Source: Prevotella sp. (GTDB taxonomy: Bacteria > Bacteroidota > Bacteroidia > Bacteroidales > Dysgonomonadaceae). Taken from it: a stretch of 64,000 bases of DNA. The notes under the pieces are model-generated. The model had not been told where the DNA came from. It did not search any database and saw only the letters and a program-made list of their open reading frames with translations. Made by a program: the position numbers and the translations under genes. Positions within the stretch are counted from its first letter, which is position 1; each line of letters starts with the position of its first letter. The stretch spans positions 32,001 to 96,000 of the forward strand of contig JAITVV010000043.1 in assembly GCA_031285625.1 (NCBI GenBank). Reading direction: 5' to 3'. Shown one piece after another: positions 10,616 through 20,078 of the stretch.

Positions 10616-12676
10616 ATGAACAAGATCTTTTTTTATTTACCGATTGCCGCTCTGGCTATTACGCATATGAGTTGCAAACAGAAGGCAACCGCACAGGATT
10701 CGAAAGCTGATATGGAAAATGCTACAGCAAAATTTGATATTGCCAATATGGATACAACAGCCATAGCTGGCAACGATTTCTATCAGTACGCAACAGGAGG
10801 ATGGGCTAAAGCTAATCCGATCAAAGATGAGTATGCACGCTATGGTTCTTTCGACCAGTTGGCAGAAAGGAATCAGGAACAGGTAAAAGGACTTATTGAG
10901 GAACTGGGAAAAACAGAACACAAACAAGGTTCTATTGCACAAAAAATTGGTGACCTTTTTGCTCTGGGTATGGATAGTACCAAACTTAATACAGATGGGG
11001 TAAAACCGTTACAGGCACAATTGGATAAAATAAAAAATGCTTCAACAATTACCGATATCGTAAAACTGACCGGGGAACTCAGGAGGTATGCAAGATCGCC
11101 TTTCTTCGGACTATATGTAGGTGCTGATGATAAAAACAGTTCTATGAATATAGTTCAACTTTATCAGGGAGGCCTTGGTCTTGGCGAGCGTGATTATTAC
11201 ATTGCTAAAGATTCTACATCTGTAGCTCTTCGTAACGGTTACCTTAATCTTATAAAAACTCAATTTGTAAATGCCGGTTATACAGAAGCCGATGCACAGA
11301 AATCTGCTGATGCTATCTTGAAAATAGAAACAGCTCTGGCTACTGATCACTTCAAAAAAGAAGATACCAGAAAGCCCGAGTTGAATTATCATAAGATGAA
11401 GGTTAAAGACCTGAACAAATCGGTAGCAGGCTTCGAATGGGATGTATTCTTCGATGCAGCCGGAGCTAAAGGCTTTACAGACATAAATGTAGCACAGGTA
11501 AAACCAGTTGCCACAGCCATAAATCTCATACATTCTCTTCCTATCGATGAAAGCAAAGCATATCTTTCATGGTGCCTGATCAATTCTGCAGCATCTTATC
11601 TGAGCGACAGCTTTGTGAATGCCAACTTTAATTTTTATGGTAAGCAGCTAAGTGGACGTAAAGTATTGCAACCTCGTTGGAAACGTACCGTAAGCACTGT
11701 TGACGGAGCATTAAGCGAAGCAGTAGGACAAATGTATGTTGAAAAATATTTTCCTGCTGAAGCCAAAGAAAGAATGTTGGATCTGGTAAAGAATCTACAG
11801 GTAACATTAGGGGAACGCATCAATAATCTTTCATGGATGAGTGATGTTACAAAAGCTAAAGCTCAGGAAAAATTGAATTCATTTACTGTAAAAATAGGTT
11901 ATCCGGACAAATGGAAAGACTATACCAGCCTGGAAGTAAAAAAAGATTCTTATTGGGAAAATATCGTTCGTGCAAATGAATTCGACTATAATGAAATGAT
12001 CAATAAGATCAATAAACCTGTAGATAAGAGTGAATGGCATATGCCTCCACAAATGGTAAATGCATATTACAACCCTACAACGAATGAGATATGCTTCCCT
12101 GCAGGTATTTTACAGCCACCATTCTTCTATCTTAATGAAGACGATGCTGTGAATTATGGAGCCATAGGTGTTGTTATCGGTCATGAAATGTCTCACGGAT
12201 TTGACGATCAAGGTTCTCAATACGATAAAGAAGGAAACCTGTCTAACTGGTGGACTAAAGACGACTCTAAGAAATTCAACGAAAGAGCACAAGTGTTGGT
12301 TCAACATTTTAATAAGATTGAAGTTCTTCCGGGAGTATTCGGAAATGGAGAATTTACTTTAGGTGAAAATATCGGTGACTTTGGTGGTTTGCAGATCTCA
12401 TATAATGCATTTGAGAAAACCGAAGAAGCTAAGAAAGGTGAGAAGATAGACGGCTACACTCCTGAACAACGATTCTTCCTTTCTTATGCCGGAGTATGGG
12501 CAGGCAACATACGTGATGCAGAAATACTTCGCCGTACGAAGACTGATCCTCACTCATTAGGCAAATGGCGTGTAAATGGTGCATTACCTCATATCGACGG
12601 ATGGTACAAAGCCTTTAACATTACAGAAGACAATTCTCTTTATATACCAAAAGAAAAAAGAGCTGATATCTGGTAA
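10616..12676 (+). CDS. pepO: M13 family metallopeptidase (PepO/neprilysin-like), lipoprotein
   Basis: VNAYY, HEMSH, GENIGD, DPHS motifs; lipobox. Confidence 0.92.
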   Translation: MNKIFFYLPIAALAITHMSCKQKATAQDSKADMENATAKFDIANMDTTAIAGNDFYQYATGGWAKANPIKDEYARYGSFDQLAERNQEQVKGLIEELGKTEHKQGSIAQKIGDLFALGMDSTKLNTDGVKPLQAQLDKIKNASTITDIVKLTGELRRYARSPFFGLYVGADDKNSSMNIVQLYQGGLGLGERDYYIAKDSTSVALRNGYLNLIKTQFVNAGYTEADAQKSADAILKIETALATDHFKKEDTRKPELNYHKMKVKDLNKSVAGFEWDVFFDAAGAKGFTDINVAQVKPVATAINLIHSLPIDESKAYLSWCLINSAASYLSDSFVNANFNFYGKQLSGRKVLQPRWKRTVSTVDGALSEAVGQMYVEKYFPAEAKERMLDLVKNLQVTLGERINNLSWMSDVTKAKAQEKLNSFTVKIGYPDKWKDYTSLEVKKDSYWENIVRANEFDYNEMINKINKPVDKSEWHMPPQMVNAYYNPTTNEICFPAGILQPPFFYLNEDDAVNYGAIGVVIGHEMSHGFDDQGSQYDKEGNLSNWWTKDDSKKFNERAQVLVQHFNKIEVLPGVFGNGEFTLGENIGDFGGLQISYNAFEKTEEAKKGEKIDGYTPEQRFFLSYAGVWAGNIRDAEILRRTKTDPHSLGKWRVNGALPHIDGWYKAFNITEDNSLYIPKEKRADIW

Positions 12677-12695
12677 TAGAAAATCATAGATAATA

Positions 12696-12730
12696 ATAAG
12701 AGGCCCATTTTATTGGGCCTCTTATTTTTT
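12696..12730 (+). terminator. Rho-independent terminator
   Basis: ATAAGAGGCCCA-loop-TGGGCCTCTTAT followed by T tract, after pepO. Confidence 0.85.
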
Positions 12731-12900
12731 ATAATACCATATCATTTATTTACACCCACTTATATTATCTCTAACCCCTTAGCGACAAAAGAAATGGAGT
12801 TTTACATATTGTATTTATAGCCCATTCATCAATGTAAGGCACTGTTACTGTGTTGATTTATTGATTATATTTGGCTATCCTGAATCAATTATAAATACTT

Positions 12901-14145
12901 ATGAAAGCTTCTAACATTTTATTATCCGCCTCAATCCTATTATCCATCTTTCTATCCTGTACCAATAGAACTGAGAAAACATACTATCTCGATGGAGAAG
13001 GAATATCCAAAGAGGCGTTAAGCAACTATCTGGACAGATCGATCACCATGGTATACTTCCTGATGCCGGACAAACCTGAAGGAAGAAGAACCTATCCATA
13101 TCACGAAGATGATATACGAATGGTGAAAGACCTTAAAGCTAAGTTTATCGGACGATCTATTTACCGTTGGGGAGGAGAATCTTTACTCAATACCCAAGCC
13201 TTCTGGAAAAAAGCCAAGACGCTGATAAACGAAATGCATTCATTCGATTCCGATATGATCTTCCAGGCATGTATATTCGAAGTTATTACACAGGATGTAG
13301 ATAGTGTGAAAATTCCAGATTGGGTATTCCATGATTTCAACCTTCCTATAGAAAACCGTCATTTTTCTTATATGGATATGCTCAATGATGAAGGAAAACT
13401 GGTCGACCACTGGCGCAAAGGCAGCAGTGTACCCGATGTAAGTAAGCTGGAAACCCAACTTTGGTTTTATTATCTGGCAGGCTCCTATATCAGCCTGGGA
13501 TGTGAGGCCATACATATAGGGCAGGTCGGACTAATCGGAATGAATGACCCGGAACTTGAGTCATGGGACAAAACACTGAAAAAGATCCGCAAATATGCAC
13601 AAAAAAATGCAAGACGAAACTGGGTACTTATCGATGCTCATGTACCTACGGGAGGCATGGTAAAGGATGGTATCAGTTTACTTGACTTTAACTCATTTCC
13701 TTTGAGGATAAAAGAGATACCTGAAAAACCATATGAAGGCATATTAGAAGTTGGATATCAGGATGCCATATACACTAAAAGCAAAGGTTGCATATCACCC
13801 AGCGGATGGGAATGTGAGCACCTCCCCTATCTGGTTGAGTTTGATAACTATGGAAGAGGAAAAGATGCAAACATAGCAGATCATGAGAGTCACTACGTAT
13901 GGGGATGGGACGAAATATCATGGCTATCGCTACAACCCGAGGAATACCGCAATGAATGGATAAAATATGCTTATAACTGGCTGAAAGATACCGACTCTGC
14001 CGGACACCTTGAAATGCCAGGATTCAGAATGATTACCTGCCCCAACGAAACAGAGAACAGCTATAGAGCAAATACTAAAAGCGAAGATTGTCCTTTCGGA
14101 TATTCCCAGGAGGAAACTATAAAAAAATTATGGACTAGTGATTAA
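12901..14145 (+). CDS. Hypothetical lipoprotein, possibly glycoside-hydrolase-like
   Basis: Lipobox FLSC; Trp/Tyr/acid-rich motifs (CEAIHIGQ, VEFDNYG, WGWDEISW); TATATTTG promoter motif 12866-12873. Confidence 0.6.
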   Translation: MKASNILLSASILLSIFLSCTNRTEKTYYLDGEGISKEALSNYLDRSITMVYFLMPDKPEGRRTYPYHEDDIRMVKDLKAKFIGRSIYRWGGESLLNTQAFWKKAKTLINEMHSFDSDMIFQACIFEVITQDVDSVKIPDWVFHDFNLPIENRHFSYMDMLNDEGKLVDHWRKGSSVPDVSKLETQLWFYYLAGSYISLGCEAIHIGQVGLIGMNDPELESWDKTLKKIRKYAQKNARRNWVLIDAHVPTGGMVKDGISLLDFNSFPLRIKEIPEKPYEGILEVGYQDAIYTKSKGCISPSGWECEHLPYLVEFDNYGRGKDANIADHESHYVWGWDEISWLSLQPEEYRNEWIKYAYNWLKDTDSAGHLEMPGFRMITCPNETENSYRANTKSEDCPFGYSQEETIKKLWTSD

Positions 14146-14219
14146 ATCCTTTTCTCCCTATTGCTAATAAATAACTTCTTTACAATAAGATAATTTTCAA
14201 AAAAAAAGATAAAGACCAA

Positions 14220-14957
14220 TTATACTTCTTTCTGTATTAATTTATCAAATTCTTCCCGACTTCCAACAAAGGCGTTAAGATCAACAACAGTACTAATACC
14301 ATCAATCCGTCCTCTGTTAGTATATTGCCAGAATAACCAATTACGACCATCAGGCAATTTGGGCTTTGATAATATATCCCGTATCCATATGGGATTATCC
14401 GGAAACTGACCGATAAGATAATTCTTATAGAACTCGTTTGTAGTATATATAAGTACCTTTCGTTGATAGTGGTTTTCTGTAATTTCCATATATTTAGCTA
14501 TCTCGGCAATAATATCTTCTTTTCTGTTTGCTTCTTGACAATTACCACCATACTCCAGATCTATAATCGGGGGTAGATCTATACTATCTTTAGGAACATA
14601 ATGAATATAATTACGTGCCTGAACATCACCATCTTTGCAGAACGTAAAAAAGTGATATGCTCCCACTGGGATATTATTGCGTATAGCTTCCCGCCAATTA
14701 TCCTGAAAAAGTGAATCTTTGTGATTACCTCCCTCTGTAGCCTTAATAAAAGCAAACTGTACAGCATTCCGATCCAGCCTGTCCCAGTCTATTTTCTGCT
14801 GATGATGAGATACATCTATACCCTGCACCGGATACTCTTCATAAGAAGGATAGTTCATACGAATATAACCTTTATTATATGCATAATACAGGTAGCCACC
14901 AACCCCGATGACCAGTGCAGCTGCAATAAAAGAAAATAAAACTAACCTCTTTTTCAT
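14220..14957 (-). CDS. GH25 lysozyme/muramidase with N-terminal TM anchor
   Basis: GIDVSHHQ, FIKATEG, GAYHFF, IDLE, WQY, VDLN motifs. Confidence 0.9.
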   Translation of the reverse strand: MKKRLVLFSFIAAALVIGVGGYLYYAYNKGYIRMNYPSYEEYPVQGIDVSHHQQKIDWDRLDRNAVQFAFIKATEGGNHKDSLFQDNWREAIRNNIPVGAYHFFTFCKDGDVQARNYIHYVPKDSIDLPPIIDLEYGGNCQEANRKEDIIAEIAKYMEITENHYQRKVLIYTTNEFYKNYLIGQFPDNPIWIRDILSKPKLPDGRNWLFWQYTNRGRIDGISTVVDLNAFVGSREEFDKLIQKEV

Positions 14958-15077
14958 ACGGAGATTAAAGTTAATAGATAATATCATTTTAATTGAGATA
15001 ATAGTCACAATTTTCTTTCAGAATGTGGAAATTATCTTTATTTTTGATAAAAATTATTAATCAAAAAAGGAATAGCT

Positions 15078-15490
15078 ATGTCAGAATTTAATCAAGAGAA
15101 TCAGAATTATCAATCTCAAGGTTATCAGTCTACCCCTTATCAGGCAAATAATCTGGACGATTTTTCAAAACCGCTCAAGCGGCTAATAATCTAGCTTTAT
15201 CAATTGTAGCAACTGTACTGAGTCTTATCACATGTTGCGGATGGGTAAGTTGTCTTGGTGTCATATTAGGTATTATTGCAATTGTGTTCTCTACACAAGT
15301 AGATTCAAAATATGCACTAGGCGATTATGCTGGTGCTGAAAATGCTGCAAAATATGCTAAAATATTATCATTAGTAGCTATCGGAACAATTGTTCTTTCT
15401 ATAGTTCTTATCATTGTTTCTGTAATAGTTGGAGGAGGAATAGATGCCTTCATGAACAGTTATAAAGAAGCGTTGGAGCAATACAGTTAA
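15078..15490 (+). pseudogene. CD225/dispanin family membrane protein with a 1-nt frameshift
   Basis: ATG 15078 MSEFNQENQ... stops at TAG 15192-15194; the -1 frame continues ANNLALSIVATVLSLITCCGWVSCLGVILGIIAIVFSTQVDSKYALGDYAGAENAAK, a CD225 pattern; followed by DUF2752. Confidence 0.75.
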
Positions 15491-15512
15491 TCAACTCTAT
15501 TCACATTATATA

Positions 15513-15547
15513 GAAAGGTAATTTTGCGGAATTACCTTTCATTTTTT
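15513..15547 (+). terminator. Hairpin/terminator between CD225 and DUF2752 genes
   Basis: GAAAGGTAATT-loop-AATTACCTTTC then ATTTTTT. Confidence 0.55.
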
Positions 15548-15955
15548 ATGAAAAAATATATCCTCATTATATTAGCAATCCTGCTTCCCATTGTTATCTT
15601 TTTAGTATATTATTTCATTTATAATATATCCGAAAACAATGGTTTATGCTCATTCAAAGAAATTACAGGACTCGAGTGTCCGGGATGTGGCGGACAGCGT
15701 AGCATATACTACTTATTACATGGAGATATATTGCAGGCATTACATTATAATGCCTTCTTTATACTAGCTGCACCATTCCTCCTGTATTTCTACTATCTTG
15801 GAGTAAGAGTATATATACTGAAGCAAGAGAGATATTTAAAAAGCTTCGTATTTTCATCATATTTTGCATATTCCCTGCTAATTTCTGTGGTTGTATTCTT
15901 TATCCTAAGGAATATACCTATATCTCCTTTCACTTATCTGGCTCCCCCTCAATAA
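15548..15955 (+). CDS. DUF2752 domain membrane protein
   Basis: CSFKEITGLECPGCGGQRS...LLHGD...ALHYN, C-terminal ILRNI. Confidence 0.85.
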   Translation: MKKYILIILAILLPIVIFLVYYFIYNISENNGLCSFKEITGLECPGCGGQRSIYYLLHGDILQALHYNAFFILAAPFLLYFYYLGVRVYILKQERYLKSFVFSSYFAYSLLISVVVFFILRNIPISPFTYLAPPQ

Positions 15956-15989
15956 GAGGCAAAAGTCGAAATAGCCTATTAAATTATTA

Positions 15990-16058
15990 CTTTGTCATGT
16001 AATGAAGAATCCCGACCCTCCGGACACGAGATGTTTCACTCCGTTCAACATGACAAAG
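15990..16058. repeat. TGTCAT...ATGACA palindromic REP-like element, copy 1
   Basis: Terminal IR CTTTGTCATGT/ACATGACAAAG; shares AAGAATC and GACACGAGATG...TCAACATGACAAA with 21249-21320. Confidence 0.75.
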
Positions 16059-16087
16059 AGATAGTAAAAATTACTTTTGGGACAACC

Positions 16088-17209
16088 TCATAGTACTTTT
16101 TTAAATCTCTCCAAAAATATTTTGGATTCCTCAATAGTCAGGCATAATGGTGGTAACAAACGGAAAACGTGTGTCCCTGTGGCTCCTGTAAATACTTTCT
16201 CTTCAAAAAGCAATTTAGATCTCTTCTCTTTAATCGGCTCGTCAAATTCCATTCCGATCATCAGGCCTCGTCCTCTGACCTCTTTTATCTGAGGGAATTT
16301 CTTCAATTCATTCATAAGAAACTCACCTACATTATACGCATTCTCTACCAGTTTTTCCTCTTTCATTATATCCAGTACTGCAATAGCAGCTGCACATGCC
16401 AAATGATTACCTCCAAAAGTAGTACCTAATTGTCCATAAACAGCCTTAAACATTGGATTTATCAATACTCCTGCCATAGGAAAACCATTTCCTATACCTT
16501 TTGCCACAGTTATCAGATCAGCCTTAATATCAGCATATTGGTGGGCAAAGAATTTACCGCTACGACCATATCCCGATTGTATTTCATCAAGAATCAGTAT
16601 TGTACCGGTTTGGGTACAAATTTCACGAAGTTCCTTCAGGAAGCTATCATAAGGGATCTGTATTCCGGCAACCCCCTGAATACCTTCGATTATTACAGAG
16701 CAGTATTCTTTAGTTTCCAGTTCCTTCTTTACAAACTCTATATCATTGAACGGAGCAAATACATAATTAGGATTATGATTTACAGGAGCAGAATAGCTGG
16801 GGATATCTGTCGCCGCTACTGTTGCCGATGTACGACCATGAAAAGCCTTATTAAATGCTAAAACTTTCTTGCGTCCATTATGGAAAGAGGCAAGCTTTAT
16901 TGCGTTCTCGTTTGCTTCAGCACCCGAGTTAATAAGGAAAAGGAAGTAATCAGGATAGCCACATTGCTCTCCGAGCTTCTGAGCCACCTCGATCTGTAAT
17001 TTATTAATCACAGAATTTGAATAAAATCCAAGCTTATTTAGCTGGTCTGTCAGTTTTTCTACATAATAAGGGTGCGTATGCCCAACAGATATTACAGCAT
17101 GTCCCCCATAAAGGTCAAGATATTCGTTACCTTTTTCATCATATACATAGCATCCCTTCCCTTTTACGACATTTATATCGAATAATGGAAATACGTCAAA
17201 TAATTTCAT
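16088..17209 (-). CDS. argD: Acetylornithine aminotransferase (class III)
   Basis: DLYGGHAV, NSGAEANE, FHGRT, LDEIQSG, AKGIGNG, GTTFGGN; arg cluster context. Confidence 0.92.
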   Translation of the reverse strand: MKLFDVFPLFDINVVKGKGCYVYDEKGNEYLDLYGGHAVISVGHTHPYYVEKLTDQLNKLGFYSNSVINKLQIEVAQKLGEQCGYPDYFLFLINSGAEANENAIKLASFHNGRKKVLAFNKAFHGRTSATVAATDIPSYSAPVNHNPNYVFAPFNDIEFVKKELETKEYCSVIIEGIQGVAGIQIPYDSFLKELREICTQTGTILILDEIQSGYGRSGKFFAHQYADIKADLITVAKGIGNGFPMAGVLINPMFKAVYGQLGTTFGGNHLACAAAIAVLDIMKEEKLVENAYNVGEFLMNELKKFPQIKEVRGRGLMIGMEFDEPIKEKRSKLLFEEKVFTGATGTHVFRLLPPLCLTIEESKIFLERFKKVL

Positions 17210-17221
17210 TTCAAGTTTATA

Positions 17222-18550
17222 TTAGTTATTAATTTCTTTTATTACTTCTATCAATCTTTCTTGTTCCAATATATATGTTCCAAGCCTGTCTTCCGAAATT
17301 CCATCTTTTAACTTATAAGTATATTCGGGAAATCCATTCTGTTTTATAATCTCTAGATACTTAAACTGAATATTAGATATACTCACAAGCTGCGACGTAA
17401 TCTCAATAATATGGGTTGATACGGCAAAACAAGAGTTACGAACTTCCGAAAAAGCCGATATAACAGCCAAAGACCCGTCATAAGCATCTTTGACATTAGT
17501 ACCTCTGAATAGCTCATCAAATATGACTAACAAATTATTAACCTTAAGTCTTTCTGCTATATATTTTATTCTTAATACTTCTGAGTAAAAGTGACTATAT
17601 CCTGAATTTAAGCTATCAGATAGATTTATAGTAGTATACAATCCTGAAAACAGACTAAAGCACATACTTTTTGCCGGAACAGGGAAACCGGCATGAGCAA
17701 GGAAAACAGCTATACCTAAAGACTTTAGAAACGTTGATTTCCCAGCCATATTTGGTCCTGAAACGAAAAGAAGATTCTTATCGGGATTAAAATCAATATT
17801 ATTCTTTACAGGGTCCTTCAGGAACGGATGGAACAAGCCCTCAATCCTTATCATATTTTTCTCCGGCGAAACCTCAGGAAATGACAAACTATATTTTTCT
17901 GCAGCTTTAGACAACGACATAAAGACATCATATTCATACATCAAGTCTAGAAGAAAGTTTATCTGAGCTTTATGCGTATAACGAAATAAATAATCGTATT
18001 GTGCAGTTTTATATGCACTTATTTTCTCTAAACTTTTTATTTCCGATATTGCAGCATATTCATCCTGAGAAAACAATTTAGATATTTTTTCATTGTTTTT
18101 TTCAATTAAATCCGGACATCCTTTTTCCTGCAAATCTAAAGACAGCTTGTATAAAGAATTTATTAAATCAAGCGTATAATCTACCCCCCTTTCGATAATA
18201 TAATAATCATTATTAGGACTCAGTTTGTTCAAAAATCCTTTTTCAATAGCAGCAAACCTTGAAGGGGGCTGTGTAGGGTAATTACCCAAAGTCAGGTAAT
18301 GCTCTATAAAATCAAGAGAATTTTTATCTATATCTACTGTTATTTTTGAATTCTTAAAAAAGGCTATTGCATCTACTCTTTGACGGATATCATCGAAATT
18401 ATCCAATGGTGAGTTTAAAAAGTCATACAGTTTATTTTTTCCACCAAGACTACGCGTAAAATTAAACAGATCAAAAATAGACTTACTATTCTTAACCGTT
18501 TTAAAAATTTCTATGTCTTTCAATGTCTGACTATCAAACTCAAAACTCAT
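17222..18550 (-). CDS. Truncated MutS-related ATPase (domain V, no mismatch-binding domain), paralogue 2
   Basis: GLFHPF, SGPNMAGKST, SHFYSEV, FDELFRGTN, STH, YKLKDG; 442 aa. Confidence 0.88.
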   Translation of the reverse strand: MSFEFDSQTLKDIEIFKTVKNSKSIFDLFNFTRSLGGKNKLYDFLNSPLDNFDDIRQRVDAIAFFKNSKITVDIDKNSLDFIEHYLTLGNYPTQPPSRFAAIEKGFLNKLSPNNDYYIIERGVDYTLDLINSLYKLSLDLQEKGCPDLIEKNNEKISKLFSQDEYAAISEIKSLEKISAYKTAQYDYLFRYTHKAQINFLLDLMYEYDVFMSLSKAAEKYSLSFPEVSPEKNMIRIEGLFHPFLKDPVKNNIDFNPDKNLLFVSGPNMAGKSTFLKSLGIAVFLAHAGFPVPAKSMCFSLFSGLYTTINLSDSLNSGYSHFYSEVLRIKYIAERLKVNNLLVIFDELFRGTNVKDAYDGSLAVISAFSEVRNSCFAVSTHIIEITSQLVSISNIQFKYLEIIKQNGFPEYTYKLKDGISEDRLGTYILEQERLIEVIKEINN

Positions 18551-18562
18551 TTACACTGACTT

Positions 18563-19912
18563 TTACAATGAGATATTATTTATCAATTCTATCAATCCTT
18601 CTTTCTTTATAATATACATGCCCAGCCGGATATCGGTAACTCCTTCTTTCAGCTTATATGTATATACCGGATGACCGTCTTCTTCTTTGATATCGAAATA
18701 GCAAAATTTTATATTTTCATTGGATTGCAACTCTCTGGCAACCTCTACAATATGCGAAGAAATAACAAAAAATGAAGTCTTAATCTTTGCAAAAGCAGAT
18801 ACAACAGATAGCGTACCATCATAAGCATCTTTCACATTAGTCCCCCGGAATAATTCATCAAAGAGAACCATCATATTATTATTTTGCTGCAATTTATTGG
18901 CAACATCTTTGATCCTCATCACCTCAGCATAAAAGTGGCTGTATCCCGAATTCAGATTATCAGAGATATTAATCGTAGTCGATAACCCGGACAGTATACT
19001 AAGTTTCAGCTTGCTGGCAGGAACAGGAAAACCGGCATGAGCCAGATAGACAGAAACTCCCAAAGCTTTCAGAAATGTAGATTTTCCCGCCATATTAGGA
19101 CCTGATACAAATAACAAATTAGATGAGGCTCCAAAACTCACATCATTTGCTACCGCATTCTCTACAAAAGGATGAAACAGACCTTCTATCTCAAGACAAT
19201 TTTCATTATCTGACACCATTTCAGGATATGAGAAATCATACATCTCGGCAGCTTTAGCTATCGACCTGAAAGCATCGTATTCATAGATAACATCCAGAAA
19301 GAACCTAAGATAATTTTTATCCGCATACCGAAATAAATAATCGTAGGTAGTAGTTTCTGTTGTTTTCACTTTCTTATGCTTTATAATATCAGCATAATCA
19401 GGTTCGGAAAGTATCCTGATCACCTCATTACTATTCCTTAAAAGTAATTTCGGTATATATTCATTTTTCGATCTGTCAATTAAAGTTTGAGAAAATAGAT
19501 GAAGTGTTTTTAATAGATCTATTGCTGCACCAACTCCGTTTTTAATCAAATAATAATCATTATTCGTGCTCAGTTTATCCAGCAAAAATTTCTCAAAGGC
19601 CATGTACCGGGAGGGAGATTTCGTCGGATAATTAGCATGTCTGAGATAATACTCTGTAAAGTCAAGAGAATTTTTATCCACACTCATACCTGCTGGACAA
19701 TGTTTCTGAAAAAAGGCAATAGCTTCTTTTCGCTCTGTAATCTCATCCAGATCAGTTGAAGGAGAAGCCAGAAAACTATGTATTTTCTTTTTTCCCCCAA
19801 AACATTTGGTATGATCGAACAAATCAAATACAGATGTTCCGTTACTGACTGTATTAAATATCTCGAGATCTTTCTTTGTTTGACTATCAACTTCAAATTT
19901 CATATTTTCCAT
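18563..19912 (-). CDS. Truncated MutS-related ATPase, paralogue 1
   Basis: Same motifs (SGPNMAGKST, SHFYAEV, FDELFRGTN, SSH); alignable with the neighbour; start 19912 or 19903. Confidence 0.88.
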   Translation of the reverse strand: MENMKFEVDSQTKKDLEIFNTVSNGTSVFDLFDHTKCFGGKKKIHSFLASPSTDLDEITERKEAIAFFQKHCPAGMSVDKNSLDFTEYYLRHANYPTKSPSRYMAFEKFLLDKLSTNNDYYLIKNGVGAAIDLLKTLHLFSQTLIDRSKNEYIPKLLLRNSNEVIRILSEPDYADIIKHKKVKTTETTTYDYLFRYADKNYLRFFLDVIYEYDAFRSIAKAAEMYDFSYPEMVSDNENCLEIEGLFHPFVENAVANDVSFGASSNLLFVSGPNMAGKSTFLKALGVSVYLAHAGFPVPASKLKLSILSGLSTTINISDNLNSGYSHFYAEVMRIKDVANKLQQNNNMMVLFDELFRGTNVKDAYDGTLSVVSAFAKIKTSFFVISSHIVEVARELQSNENIKFCYFDIKEEDGHPVYTYKLKEGVTDIRLGMYIIKKEGLIELINNISL

Positions 19913-19973
19913 ATTATAAGATTCCACCTATTCTTTTATAATATAGATGAAATATGAGATTATATTCCATAAG

Positions 19974-20032
19974 AAAAAGTGACAAAAGTGACAAAAGTAA
20001 CAGGTATTGTGTATTTTCTAATGTAACTTTTT
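19974..20032. repeat. 9-mer repeat element, copy C
   Basis: AAAAAGTGACAAAAGTGACAAAAGTAACA-N19-TGTAACTTTTT. Confidence 0.8.
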
Positions 20033-20078
20033 CATCTTATCCAAAACTCGATACCTCTTATTATAAGATAATATTAGC

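Noticed and set aside
15160-15195. Programmed -1 frameshift explanation for the CD225 gene (TTTTTCAAAA)
   Set aside because: No canonical X XXY YYZ heptamer in the right phase and no clear stimulatory structure; a single C loss explains it more simply
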